NCBI RefSeq assembly: GCF_000143415.4
Contig: NW_003314263.1
Span: 157,350 to 221,349 of the forward strand
DNA: 64,000 nt
From: Selaginella moellendorffii
Taxonomy: Eukaryota > Plantae > Lycopodiophyta
Reading direction: 5' to 3'
Shown piece by piece: positions 1 through 11,417 of this stretch (positions are counted from its first letter, which is position 1; each line of letters starts with the position of its first letter). The translations under genes and the position numbers were made by a program. Below the pieces are notes generated by a model. It was given only the letters and a program-made list of their open reading frames with translations, was not told the origin of the DNA and ran no database searches.

Positions 1-712
1 CCCCACCCCCCCATGGGAGACGCATGCTTTGGGCTTTCACCCCTTGACCCGTATTAGTACTCGGACTCGGTCTCGGACTTGGTCTTGGACTTGACTTCGG
101 ACTTGGACTAAGACTCAATCTCAGACTCGATCTCGGACTCGATCTCGGACCCAACTCTATGCCAAAGTTACTTTCTTTTGGGGAACACCTTTCTCACAAC
201 TTTAGTATGGCACATTCTGCTATTGATGAGATACCCTCTATTCTCATACTTGGATCCTATAATCCCCCCATCCTTCGTGGGGTACAACACACCTTAATCC
301 AAATGCTTCCATCAATCCCTTAGGATTATTTTTTGACTCATCTAGCTTTTTGAACTTTGTTAATTCGATGATTCGTGAGGTCCTACCTTTGAGGTGCCAG
401 CTCACTGGAAGACAACTTTTTGTATTCAGGTCCTACTCACAAGGACCATCTTTGCAAGTGTTATTCCAACACTTGATTTTGTTCTCTAGGGGAAACCTTT
501 TGCCCCTTAGGACATTTGTCCATATGATGAGAATACCAACTTATCCTCTAAATACACCCCCAACTCCTTGGGTTGTTCCAACATCTATTAAAGGTAGACC
601 CAGCTACCATTTCAAGGACTTGTGTCCTCTTCCATATTTGACTTCTCACGGTCATTAATTCCAGTCTCAAATTTATGAGCACCAGCCTCAACTATATGAG
701 GGTAATCTTGTG
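1..712 (-). mobile_element. Fragment of LTR family A element (part of an LTR with hexamer repeats joined to internal region); host of the DNA transposon
   Basis: 1-150 resembles family-A LTR sequence (54640-54780); 160-712 matches internal region 52725-53290 and continues at 20765-21122 after the DNA transposon. Confidence 0.85.
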
Positions 713-736
713 AAGCTCTATTTCGTTAAAGTGGGA
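713..736 (+). repeat. Left TIR AAGCTCTATTTCGTTAAAGTGGGA
   Basis: Exact reverse complement of 20741-20764. Confidence 0.95.
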
Positions 737-1153
737 ATTGTCATTATCCCACTGTAAAATAAAGTTTCCAAACCTTTATATAGTATATAAATATAACAAA
801 ATTCAACTGCATTGAGGCACATGCCATTTTATTTTAAACAAGGAAATGTCTACTCAATCACTTCTCCTCCCCCTACCACTGCTTCACCTCTCTCTTCTCC
901 TTGTCATCGTCGTCCAATTTCTTTCCATCCTTTTAATATTGGCTCAGTTGCTCCGAGTCTAGGTGGAGCCCAAGTCCCCATTCAATCTTTACTTTCCCCT
1001 TATTAATAAAACAACTTCGTAGACTTCCAATAACATGCTGTAACACTTCTAGTATAATGTAAATCCTCTCAAAGAATTGTCTTTTAACATTAATACAATG
1101 GCATGGAACCCCATGCCATAATAAGTTACATTTTTAAATAAATACATGCCATC

Positions 1154-2005
1154 TCAGACTGTTATTTTTTGCCTCCAACGCCTATACAATAATCTTGGAA
1201 TTTCATCACTCTCCACACTATTAGGATTTAAACCCAATAGAAATGCCATCTCTTCTCTAATACGTCCACGCTCACGTTCAGTGGTCGAAGAACCCATCCG
1301 GTTGAGCAGATTATGGAGATGCGGATAGTGCTTGGCTAGACAATATACATGCCATAAATGATGACTGGTGTCTGTCCGATCAAATGGCTTCTGATATACC
1401 GTTCCATCTGTCATTTGGTTGATTTCTGCAGCCACCTCCTGGACTGGCCGGTTCTCTATCACCATCGCTCCAAGCCGTTTTGCAAGGTCCCCCAGAACAT
1501 ACGGTTTCTTCTCCCTAGTTTCCATACTGCAAGAGATGGGGTGCACTGCATATGTGTGCGTGTTTGCTGCAGTTTTAATCGGCGAGTCATCGATGATGAG
1601 GATTTCACTTGACCTAGCAGTCCGGTTCATAACTACAGCCTCTGGCTTGACGAAGATGGGCTTGCTACCCCTCACATGGACCATAGTCAAGCAATCCTCC
1701 TGCGTTAGGAGAAAGTCAAATGGTAATATTACTCGCGTTTGATCGTGCATCATCTGTAGCAACGTTAATGCATTGTGGCGCATCATGGATGTCCAAACTC
1801 CCAATTGCAAATTGAACCCGGCCCTCTGTTTTAAGTGTCGCATGGTCATTATTAGATCCCGCGGTTTCTCCTGTGTGATTAATGTGAATCTGTCTCTTTT
1901 GACCAACTTGCGACTGCAGGCTTTGGAGGGTGCAGTGACATTCGAGGACGAGCCACGCTCATGGGAGAAAAGGACACTGTTCAGATCAAAAACGATACAG
2001 TACTT
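1154..2005 (-). CDS. FCP1/NIF-like HAD-superfamily phosphatase domain (probably the last exon of the transposon cargo gene)
   Basis: ORF 1154-1906 extends in frame upstream to KYCIVFDLNSVLF (motif I Asp at 1987); also LGVWTS (motif II), QEDC..KPIFVK and ILIIDDSPIKT (motif IV), as in plant DLNG-type NIF proteins. Confidence 0.8.
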   Translation of the reverse strand, partial: KYCIVFDLNSVLFSHERGSSSNVTAPSKACSRKLVKRDRFTLITQEKPRDLIMTMRHLKQRAGFNLQLGVWTSMMRHNALTLLQMMHDQTRVILPFDFLLTQEDCLTMVHVRGSKPIFVKPEAVVMNRTARSSEILIIDDSPIKTAANTHTYAVHPISCSMETREKKPYVLGDLAKRLGAMVIENRPVQEVAAEINQMTDGTVYQKPFDRTDTSHHLWHVYCLAKHYPHLHNLLNRMGSSTTERERGRIREEMAFLLGLNPNSVESDEIPRLLYRRWRQKITV

Positions 2006-2063
2006 TCACCGTGACTTTGAAATGAAATGCGTCAGCATAAAAAATGGTACAAGTCAATTTTAC

Positions 2064-3934
2064 CATCTACAATATTAGCGAATGGTGCTCCCGATGGTCA
2101 TTCAGAGGGTTTTGGTCAAGGAAACGTGAAGGGCGGAAATACTCTCCTCTGCAATATGGGGTCAATCGCATCCGATGGCGTGTGGGCACATGCCATTTCA
2201 GCTGTAGACTCTGGTACAACTGGCTCAACAGTGGCATGGGGTGGTTCTGATGGCGTGTGATCACACGCCATTTCAGCTGGTGCCTCCGTTGGCAAAGTGG
2301 ACATGACCGAACAGGCAGCAGGGGCGGTGTAGGGAGGTTCCAACGGCGCATAGTCAGACGATTGGGCACACATTGAGTCCGTTGGAAATGAGGGTACGAC
2401 CGGCTCGGCGGCTGGGGCGGCCTCATGCGGGTCCAATGGCGCCTGGTCACTGTCAGTTGGATACGTGGACAAGATTGACTTAGTGGTATGGGCAGCATCA
2501 AGTGGAGCGTGGTCAGCTTGCTTGGCGTTGATATGGATAGTAGCCTCCACCAGCTCTGATGACTCTTGCAGGCAAGTAGAGTCCACTGGCGGATCCATAT
2601 GCATGTCCAAATATCTCCCTTCGATTGAGATGGTATCCTCCCTACTGGCTACTAAAAACAAACTCATTAGCACATTGAATCAACTATACTGTATTTACCA
2701 TCAACTGCTATTGAGGAACTAGGACCGATATCACTTGGGCGCACTACTGATTCTGAAGGATTGGACATACGTTTCGACCCTTGCTTGGCACTATCCTTCC
2801 TCGACACTAAAGGCTAGAGTTTGTATCTTAATTCAACTGAATAATCTCTACTTACCATTTCTTCTGCGACCTACATGGACAATGTTAGAAATGGTAAAAG
2901 GTTAGGAATGGATGTACTATTATTTACCTGATGGTTTGTCTTGTATGACCTTCCTCCGCTGCTCTTTGGCCACCTCAGGCTGGCCATCGTCGTCATCATC
3001 GTTATTGTCGTTAGTGTGATCGTCACCATTGTGAGGACCATCCAAGTCCTCTTCGTCCTCCTCTTCTTCGTCCTCCTCTTCTTTGTCCTCCTCTTCTTTG
3101 TCCTCCTCTTCGTCCTTCTGCTCTTCCTGCTCATTATCTTTCTCTGGCTCCTCATCCCCCTCTTGCATTTCTTCCATAGGCTGCTCAGGCTGGATGGCTT
3201 GTTTTTCCAGGACCATCTTGGGAAAATCATCTGGCCGAGTCTCCATCTCAAAATACAAGACATCCATAGCCTGTTTTAGTGCTTGACCTAGAACCGTATC
3301 CTCACCCGACTGTCTTAACATGGTTTTTGCACGTTGCACCCTTCAAAGACGACGAGATGAGAAAAACGTGGCCCTGACTTGAAAAGCATCCCTCATCCAT
3401 TGTACCTCTCCATTGAGATTGGGGAAGGGGAGTCCGCCATAGGAATCTGAGTCAGGAGGTGGTGACTGGCTCCTTTCACTCAGCCCTTGATCTGCAATGA
3501 ATGGCATGAGCACACACGCCATAACCGCGAGGCATTACCTATCATCTTTTCGTTGCCCTTCTTCCTTTTCGAATCAAACGCCTCTGATCCCAATGACTGT
3601 CCAACGTGCTTTCGCTTTTTATGACCACTGTCAGTTTGAGCTTGGCTGGTGCTTGCCTGTTTTGCCTTTGAAGAAGTGTCTCCTGCAAGGAATGGCATGA
3701 GACCACACGCCATTGCAAATATAATTTGTACCTCCTTTTTTCCTATTGCTTGTTTGTTTGTCCTTCTTCGACGCGCCACCAGTGCGCTTTTCAGTCCTCG
3801 TGTCTGAATATTCACAACGATCTATAATCAAAATGGCATGAGGCCTCACGTGACCTTACCTTGTGCAGGTTGTGAGCTCGGCCTAACATCAGTAGCTGTT
3901 AACGCCGTTTCAGCATCTGGGGGTGGCCACGCTC
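2064..3934 (-). pseudogene. Low-complexity (Lys-, Glu/Asp-, Pro-rich) middle exons of the cargo gene, with in-frame TGA stops
   Basis: Exons 3934-3860, 3821-3732, 3682-3539, 3491-2928, 2870-2856, ~2806-2699, ~2651-2064 join in frame through GT-AG introns of 38-57 nt; in-frame TGA at 3345-3343, 2118-2116 and ~2100. Confidence 0.6.
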
Positions 3935-3984
3935 CTGCATACAGAGCTTGTGAGATAACATTTAAACTTCAAGTGCGTACTCAC

Positions 3985-6749
3985 CAGGTTCATAGAGAAG
4001 ATATTGTTTTTCTTTGGCAACTGTAATTATATGCTCCATTGAAGTCACCTCTTCAATGGAGTTTGTCACCGCAACACACGGGACACCCTTGAGTAGTGCG
4101 GCTCGAAAGAATAGTCCGCCGCAGTTGTACTCGACAACGCATTTGCCCTTGGAGTCACCCGCTATTGCGTTGAAGACCCAGCTGAGCATTTCCCATGCTG
4201 CACCTGGAGCTTTCTTTGGATTCGAAAGCTCCATAGCCGTCTTCAGTTCCTCAGGCACGGGTAAATTGACCTCCCTTAGATCAATTCGATCAGCCTTGTC
4301 GAACGAAGCTGGGAAGTCACTCCAGTCCCACTCTGCTGCAGGACCAATAACAAGGGCGAGTGTGAAGATGCGGACATTCGTCGGTATCTTCTTCTTAGCC
4401 ATTATCCCATGGATCTCCCGCATCTCCTTGCCTTTCAACCGAGCCTTCATCTTGTTCAAGGCCTTCCAGAACTTGTGATAGGATTCGGAGTCGTAGATCA
4501 TATAGTGGACTGAAGATTCCACCTCCGCAAGTCCCACCATTAAGTCAATGATAAAGCTGACTTCGTCTGCATGAGTGATCTCCTCGTTTGTGAAGTCCAT
4601 CACACAAAAGATGTTCTTGACCTGCTCATCTCCGCGGGAAACGATGCTCCTCCACCTTTGATCCTCATCCGAATTCACGTATACCCGGTAAGGTTCTCGA
4701 TAGGCCTCTGTTGCGGGGTCGAGCTGTTTCTGAAGCCGGCGGTCAACATCCCTCTTAATGAAATTTGGATACTGATCCAACTTTTCAGCTTTACTTTTCA
4801 TGGCATCCCGCAGCAGATCGATGAACTTGGGGGCCCCCTTCACGTACTCGTCGATGTCTTCATTTGACAAGTCCAGCTCTTCCATCATCTCTTGCGTGGT
4901 GTCGATGCTCACCCTCGCCACGGCCACTTGCTCGAAGATCCAATCCTTCAATAGCGCACGAGCTCTCAGAGTCGTGCACAAGTCCTCGTATGTCACAATA
5001 TGGCCGGGAGTCATTTTGGTCTTGTTGAAGACTACCTCACCACGTAGAAGAGCATTAGCCACTGTCAGAAGGTCGTCGTCGTCTAGAGACCGCGAGAAAC
5101 GCAAGGCGTTGAGCTTCAAATCATTGGGCTTCCGGCCGTCCTCCACACCCATTGAGTTTAGCAACTCCCCGTCATGGTACCTCCTCAGCACATCTACCCA
5201 TTTGTCAAAAACAACTTTTGTCGCGAGTAGAATGTTATGGATGCTGAGTGTGTCATTGACCCCCAGTGTTTTCGAGAGAAGACTCGAGAATTCCTGCAAT
5301 GGAAATGGCGTGAGGCCACGAGGCTTACCTGCCAGGCGCTAGTTGCTAGTGCACGTCCTTGTCCTGGTTTTTGTGGCTTCTTCAGTTGAACCCAGAGCTT
5401 CCGTGTTCGTGCCAATGTCTCGTGCAGACCCGATTTGTAGCACGTTTCTTGCTTGACATTCTGCGCGTGGGAGATGTATATGATAGATCGGAGGGGCGAG
5501 TTGCCTTTTATCAGGCGGACAACTCTTGTCTTGAAGACTTTCTTCACCTCCTCGCCCACCATAATATCCACAACTATCTGTTGCATCGCCAAGCTAGAAT
5601 GCTGCCCGGAGACGGCATAGAACCGGATGTTCTGATCGTCCAACACCTTCCTATTGATCAAGTCTGGAAACCTCATCTCGCCCTTCATTGTTCGGTAGTA
5701 GGGGATCACGTCTGCGATGTCGGGTGTTACTGGACTTGCCAGCATCTTCTGCTTCAGTTTCTCCACCCACTCATCAGATACTAGCCTGTGGTTGTATTTG
5801 CTTTGGATCTCGATACGGCTCACGTCGATTGTATATACTTTGTTGGAATAGTAACAAGTACTATTATCTGCGACGATTTTTGCTGCCTCTTCTTGCTCTT
5901 TCTGCTCTTTGCGGCTCTTCTTTTTGGTGGGTGTAGTGTTCGAACCCGAGGCAATGGCATCACCGAGTAGCTTCTTTTTTGGAGCAGCAGAGTCGGACGT
6001 CGGCTTGAGCTTGACCACCCTTTTCTGCTTCGGGGTAGTTTCCAGATCGACCCCCTTCCCCTTCGCTTCGCGAACTGGAGGCCCTCTCAACGGCTCAATG
6101 TTGGAATATAGTTTTTGAACATCGCCGTAGGTGAGGTCCGTGGATTCCATGTGATCTTCATAGACCCGCAACGTCTTTGAAATTGTGGGCCTCCTGGACA
6201 ACCTCTCCCTAGCTCCCTCTAGGAGTTCCTCATAGCCGCTGCCCCCCTCCGGGAAGCCACTAGGATGTGCAAGGTGGATCTTGAAGGCGGACGCTGTCTC
6301 TACCACAAGTGCCAGTCCATATTCTTGCATGGAACTGCATGGAGTGTCTGTCACTTGGATGAGGATCCCCATGCATTCTTTTCTCCCACCATCTGTGTTG
6401 TACAGCATCAGATCCTCGCCTTCCATCCCGAAAGTCCAACTGGTGAGCTCCTCCCCCTTCTTTGCATCCACATTAACAGTGGCTGGAAGAAGAAGGCAAT
6501 TCCTCGCCTGTTCAGAAATGCACAACAATTAGAGTTGATAGATGAAAAGCTAGCAGTTGGAAATAACGTGAGGCCACACGCCATTCACCACTGCATCAGA
6601 TGTCTTGAGGCTGCATCCTAAGATGGCGTGAGGCTACACGCCATCTATAACCGGACTGCACTCGAGAGCCCAATCGGTGCATGCCAATGTTGCTACTGAA
6701 TGGCATGTGGCCTCATGCCATTTTCTACTTGGCCTAAAAGACTTACCAT
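3985..6749 (-). CDS. Cargo protein: ParB/Sulfiredoxin-like domain plus degenerate DNA amino-methyltransferase-like fold (exons 6749-6747, 6507-5329, 5293-3985)
   Basis: ATG|GTAAG at 6749, intron to 6508; 35-nt intron 5328-5294 joins SAWQ|EFSSLL in frame; ParB-like pattern VYTIDVSRI..NHRLVSDEWVEKLKQKM..FYAVSGQHSSLAM (5838-5580); C-terminal KKAP..EMLSWVF..KCVVEYNCGGLFFRAALLKGVPCVAV resembles the beta-class MTase SAM-binding end. Confidence 0.7.
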
Positions 6750-7900
6750 TTAAAGCCGAATGGAGGCCGTGACAATCGAGGCTGGACTCGCTGGCGAATG
6801 TGCACTGTGTGTGCAGCGGATCGTAGCAGCAAGGCTACTCTGCCACTTATAGTTGAAGAGTGGCGCTGAAATCTCCCGGGACGCCAAGTGGGCTGCGTGT
6901 GGGTGGCGGAGTGGGCGGCGGAGTTGGCGGCGAAGTTACAAACTGGGTGTGTCTTGAAGTGGACGCCGATGCACACGAGCTCGATGCGAGCGCGAGTGTG
7001 ATGCAAGCGCGAGTGGACGCCGATGCACACGAGAAACCTGTAGAGAAGGTAGATGAGCGCGAATGTGAGCGTGATCGCGAGTGGGAGCACGATGCGAGCG
7101 CGAGTGTGCGAGCGTGAGTACAAAGCAAAATGCAAAACCTAACCTCACACGCGCGAAATGTCACAACGGTTGGTAATCCCGCCACGTCATCATTCCTCGG
7201 ACTTGGGCGCCACCATTAATTTCTGGATTGCCGCGCGCATGCAAGCACGCAAAATCCAAAAGAAATCCGCAACGTCATCATTCATCGGACTGCATGCACG
7301 CGAAATCCAAAAGAAAGATCATGATTGGGATATCATTTAATACCCTCGCTATATTTATACCATGCATGATTGGATATTCCAAAGCATCTTGTATTTCCAA
7401 AAATGGCAGATGTTCAGCTAAATAAAGAAATTTTATCTGTTTCTATTTTTCTCTCAAATCAATATTATAGTGTGTGGGCTCATGCAATTTTGAACCAAAG
7501 AAACCCAACAAACGTTGGACCCAAAATATTTTGAAAAAACCCAAAAAACCCTAAACATTTTAAACCCAAAAATCCAGGCGTCCTGTGGCGTTATTCCTTG
7601 AATGGCATGTGGGCGCATGCCATTTTCAGGGCCAAATGCTGAATGGAGAAAAATTCCCTTTCAGTGCAAATGCTGCAAGAAGCAGATGCCGAGCACAAAG
7701 GACTGTAACTACCTCACATGACACAGATAAACTTTTCTCTATTTGGCAAAGATAAACTTTATAGCGTGTGGGCTCATGCAATTTTGAACCCAAAAAATGC
7801 ACCAAAAAATTCTCGGCGTCATCTGGTGTTATCTCTTGAATGGCGTGGGGCCGCATGCCATTTTCAGGGGCACATAGAAGTATATTCCTAGAATATTCTG
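6750..7900. promoter_or_regulatory. Putative 5' UTR and promoter of the cargo gene, in the divergent intergenic region of the transposon
   Basis: GC-rich tandem repeats 6955-7115, ACGTCA motifs (~7184, ~7272), TGGGCT and AAACCCTA motifs, several 22-bp palindromes; position upstream of ATG 6749. Confidence 0.4.
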
Positions 7901-8207
7901 ACACGCGCAAGATTTTTTTGAGTTTTCTGGAGATCCAACCGTTAGATCGCAACTAGATTTTACAGAATGGTATACAATGTCTTTCTTGATGACCCTGCAA
8001 AGAAGCATCTCGATCGGACACCACATGAGACCACACGAGCCTTACAATGTTTCAGGGGCATTTGCCATAGATCCGACCGTTATTTTGCTCCAAGATTTTA
8101 CAGTTTGGTGTGCATTGACCTTTCCATCGACACTGCAAAGGGACATCACAATCAGATGCGGGATCACAAGAAACTAACTTCACTAACTCTGGTTTCACCA
8201 AGATCTA

Positions 8208-11200
8208 TGGAGAAAGAGTCTATGGAAAAAGAGACAAAAGAATCGAGAAGTGAAAAAGGAAGAGATAGAAAAAGAGAAACTAGAACAACAACAGCAACAA
8301 ATTTTAGAAACAATATTAGAGAAGTACGACAAGGAGGATAAAGAAATTCAAGTTGCCGAGTCGAGCAACTTAGCCAAAGATAACAAAGAACTAAATAGTG
8401 AAGATGCCCCAAAGTTTGAGGCATTTGAAGAAGCCAAATACATAGCACTAAAGTTTTACTCCAATCCAGACTCACCAGAACAACAACTTCACCAACAAAG
8501 TCTACAATTTCAAATGGCAATCATTAACCCAGCGACAGCCATAGGGAACATGATTTCCTATCCCATTTTTACTGGTGGAAAAACCAAAGATGCGAACCAG
8601 CATCTTAAACAATTTGATCAAATTGTAAAGATGAACAAACAGGAAATGCATTGAGAAATACTTTTCCCATACACACTTAAAGGAAAAGCACTCGATTGGC
8701 ATAATACACTCGATGATGCTTTGACCCATGATGAAAAGGTCACACAATTCAAGAAGCAATTCCAGACCGGTGGAACTCCAAAAGAACACTATGAGATCAT
8801 CAAAAACTTCAAGCAAAAATCACGTGAAGGAATTCAAGATTACACTCGAAGATTTAAGTTTCATGCAAAGCGCTGCAAGGATTTGATAACAGATAAAGGA
8901 AAGAGCTTATCCTATATCCAAGGACTAAAAGAAATCTATAGAAACATGGTAGCAATTGCTGCTGCAACAGAGAATCCAGACGATGAAAGTGTTGATACAC
9001 TCTCCAAAGAAATCCTCACATTGGAAAAGAGATTCAAGCAATTCACAAAAGCTATACCTTCACAAACTGATGACGGTTCAGATGATGAAGAAGAGGAAGA
9101 AATACGCATTAAGACAAAGAAGAAAACACCAAAAGACCAAAACTTGAAGGATATAATCAGGAAAATCTCACAAACCGAACTCAAAGCAGGAGTGTGGTGT
9201 ACAAAGTGTAAAAACGAGGGACATACATATTTGGAATGCAAATTACAGCTTCCAAAGTGTCAGATTTGTGAAAGAGAAGGCCATACAGCCAAGAAATGCC
9301 GATACAGGAATACAATGGAAGGTTCAAGAATCGAGAATGCTCCTCAACAAGAGCCTAATCCTCAATATCAAGGAAACTGGAATCAAAACGCGCAACCACC
9401 ACGAAATCAACCTCCAAGATATAACAATTATTATCAACGTGATGATAATTCGTATAATCAAAGACAAAACTATTACCAGCGAGACAATAGCAACTACAAT
9501 AGAATACCCCCTCAAGATCAAAGACCAAACAACTATACTGGAAATTATGGAAGAAACTACAATACATATCAGCAACGTGATGGACCTCAGGACAACTATC
9601 AATGTCCTCCCCCACGAAATTACAATTATGATCAAGAACCATATCGGAATTATAATCAAAGACCACCCCAGGCTCAAGGTTACAATTACAACCAGCAACC
9701 TGCACTGCAGCAAGATAATCGTCCTCGACAACTTTACCAAAATGCAAATCGCGAAAATAACCAAGGAGTAAACAATCAGGCTCCGAGGCCAAGACCACCA
9801 GCAGCACGGAATGTTGAGGTGGAAATTGACGAACCACAAACTTTTGAAGAACCAGCAATACGAACTATCACGAGACAACAATACAAGTCTCAACAACCAG
9901 ATAATTTGGAAGAACAAGATCATGATGATGAACTGGAAATTATCCCAGAAACCGAATGGAAGAAAAGCAAGAAAATACTACAAGCAATTCAAGCTGAATT
10001 GCAAGCACAAGATCCAGAAACAATCAAAGAACACGACAAACAATCAAACAATCAAGAAACAAGAAGTTTTACCCAAGAGGAGCTGGCACCTGTTCAGCAG
10101 AAAGAAAAGTTTCATGTGGAAGAGCAAGCTGAAGCAAGGTTGAAGCAAAACCTGGTGGAAGATGAACAGCCTGATCAGATTGAGCAACCAGCAGACGAAG
10201 ATGAAGACCTGCAGTGGATAAAGGAGTTTCAGACGCAGGAACTTGAGGTGGTGCTTCCGAAGTTTTGTGAGCAGACGGAGCAGAAGAAAAATTCAGTGCC
10301 AGAGTTTGACGTGGAACAGGCAGCAGTTGGTCAAGCTGGCTTGGAGCAGAAAGCTGTTGTGAAGAAGAAAGAAGAAGATGTTAGACAACAAAGAGGTGTA
10401 GAAGTTCAGAACCTTGTGGAGCAGCCATCAAGAGGAGCCGTATACCCAGGCCAAAGTTTGAACTTGAAGGTGGCTGGTGTGAAGTTGGTGAAGAGACGAG
10501 GAAGTGTGTTTCTCAGGTTCTGGTGGGACAGAGGCAAGCTGGTTTCATCCTTTGTAGCTCTGTAGGAGTAGAGGAAGTAAGTAGTAAAGCAGCAAAACTG
10601 AAAGCCGTCCAGGAGAAGTCATGGCTGTTTCAAGTCGGATGTTTAAAGTTTCGCAAAGAGGCGTGTGTGCAACTGATCTCAGGAAGAAGCTGGTCAAATT
10701 CAGATCACAAGACTTTGAGGAAGCAGCTCAGACTTATGAAGAGGAGGAAGAGGAGGAGGAGCCACATGAGGGAGCAGCTACCCACGATGCAGCAATGGAG
10801 TAGTGACTGCGGGACGCAGCACAAGGCAGTCATGGGAGAGTGGAGAAGGGAGAAAAAGACAAGCTCGAGGATTCAAGCTTAGGAAAGTAAACTTGAGAGG
10901 TTCAAGGTTAGCACTGTGTTCCTAACCTTGACGTGAGTAGTAGCGACTATAAAAGTAGGACTTAGAATGTTTTTAGACTCATCCCTAATACAAAATACAT
11001 TGCAATACATAATCATTCTGCCTATCTCTTTGGCTTTTCATGGCAATGTCTTACTTACCCACCGCCTTCAAGGGATCAAAGGCGTGGGACTAGCACCTTC
11101 AAGCAGTTGTTCACATTCTCTACTTAGCTTGGCACAAGCAGGTAAGTGCACTCTTCTTGTAGTGTAGTTTTAGTTTTAGGGACTAGATTAGATTTGAAAC

Positions 11201-11258
11201 TCCTAGGAAGATCTCGTGTGGATGTTTCCTCCCAGTTTAGAGATTCGAGGAGTTTTCA
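8208..11258 (+). mobile_element. 3051-bp TG..CA insertion with 5-bp TSD ATCTA (solo-LTR-like) carrying gag
   Basis: TSD ATCTA at 8203-8207 and 11259-11263; empty site CAAG-ATCTA-CGTAAGG at ~14398-14413; TATAAAA at ~10948. Confidence 0.9.
8250..10565 (+). pseudogene. gag: Ty3/gypsy-type Gag with two CCHC zinc knuckles and Q/N/Y-rich region; one in-frame stop at 8652-8654
   Basis: YPIFTG..DANQHLKQF..LFPYTLKGKALDWH..NFKQKSREGIQDYTRRF (capsid-like); CTKCKNEGHTYLEC and CQICEREGHTAKKC; ORFs 8250-8654 and 8721-10565 are in the same frame. Confidence 0.85.
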
Positions 11259-11390
11259 ATCTACATAAGGAGTTATGAAATGAAAGGACCCTCTCTATTG
11301 AAATGTGTTTATGGTCCTAGGGGCATTGTGACATATGAAAGGATTTTGCATCAAGTTCTGTATTTGCATGTTTATCAAGCTACTGAATTG

Positions 11391-11417
11391 CTAAACCCTA
11401 AACCCTAAACCCTAAAC
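11391..11417 (+). repeat. Short interstitial (CCCTAAA)n tract, copy 1
   Basis: CTAAACCCTAAACCCTAAACCCTAAAC. Confidence 0.85.

Noticed and set aside
4014-6120. Plus-strand ORFs overlapping the cargo gene
   Set aside because: Antisense shadows of the minus-strand coding exons
11391-11417. Chromosome end or telomere-healing site
   Set aside because: Only about four units, internal to the transposon and duplicated with it
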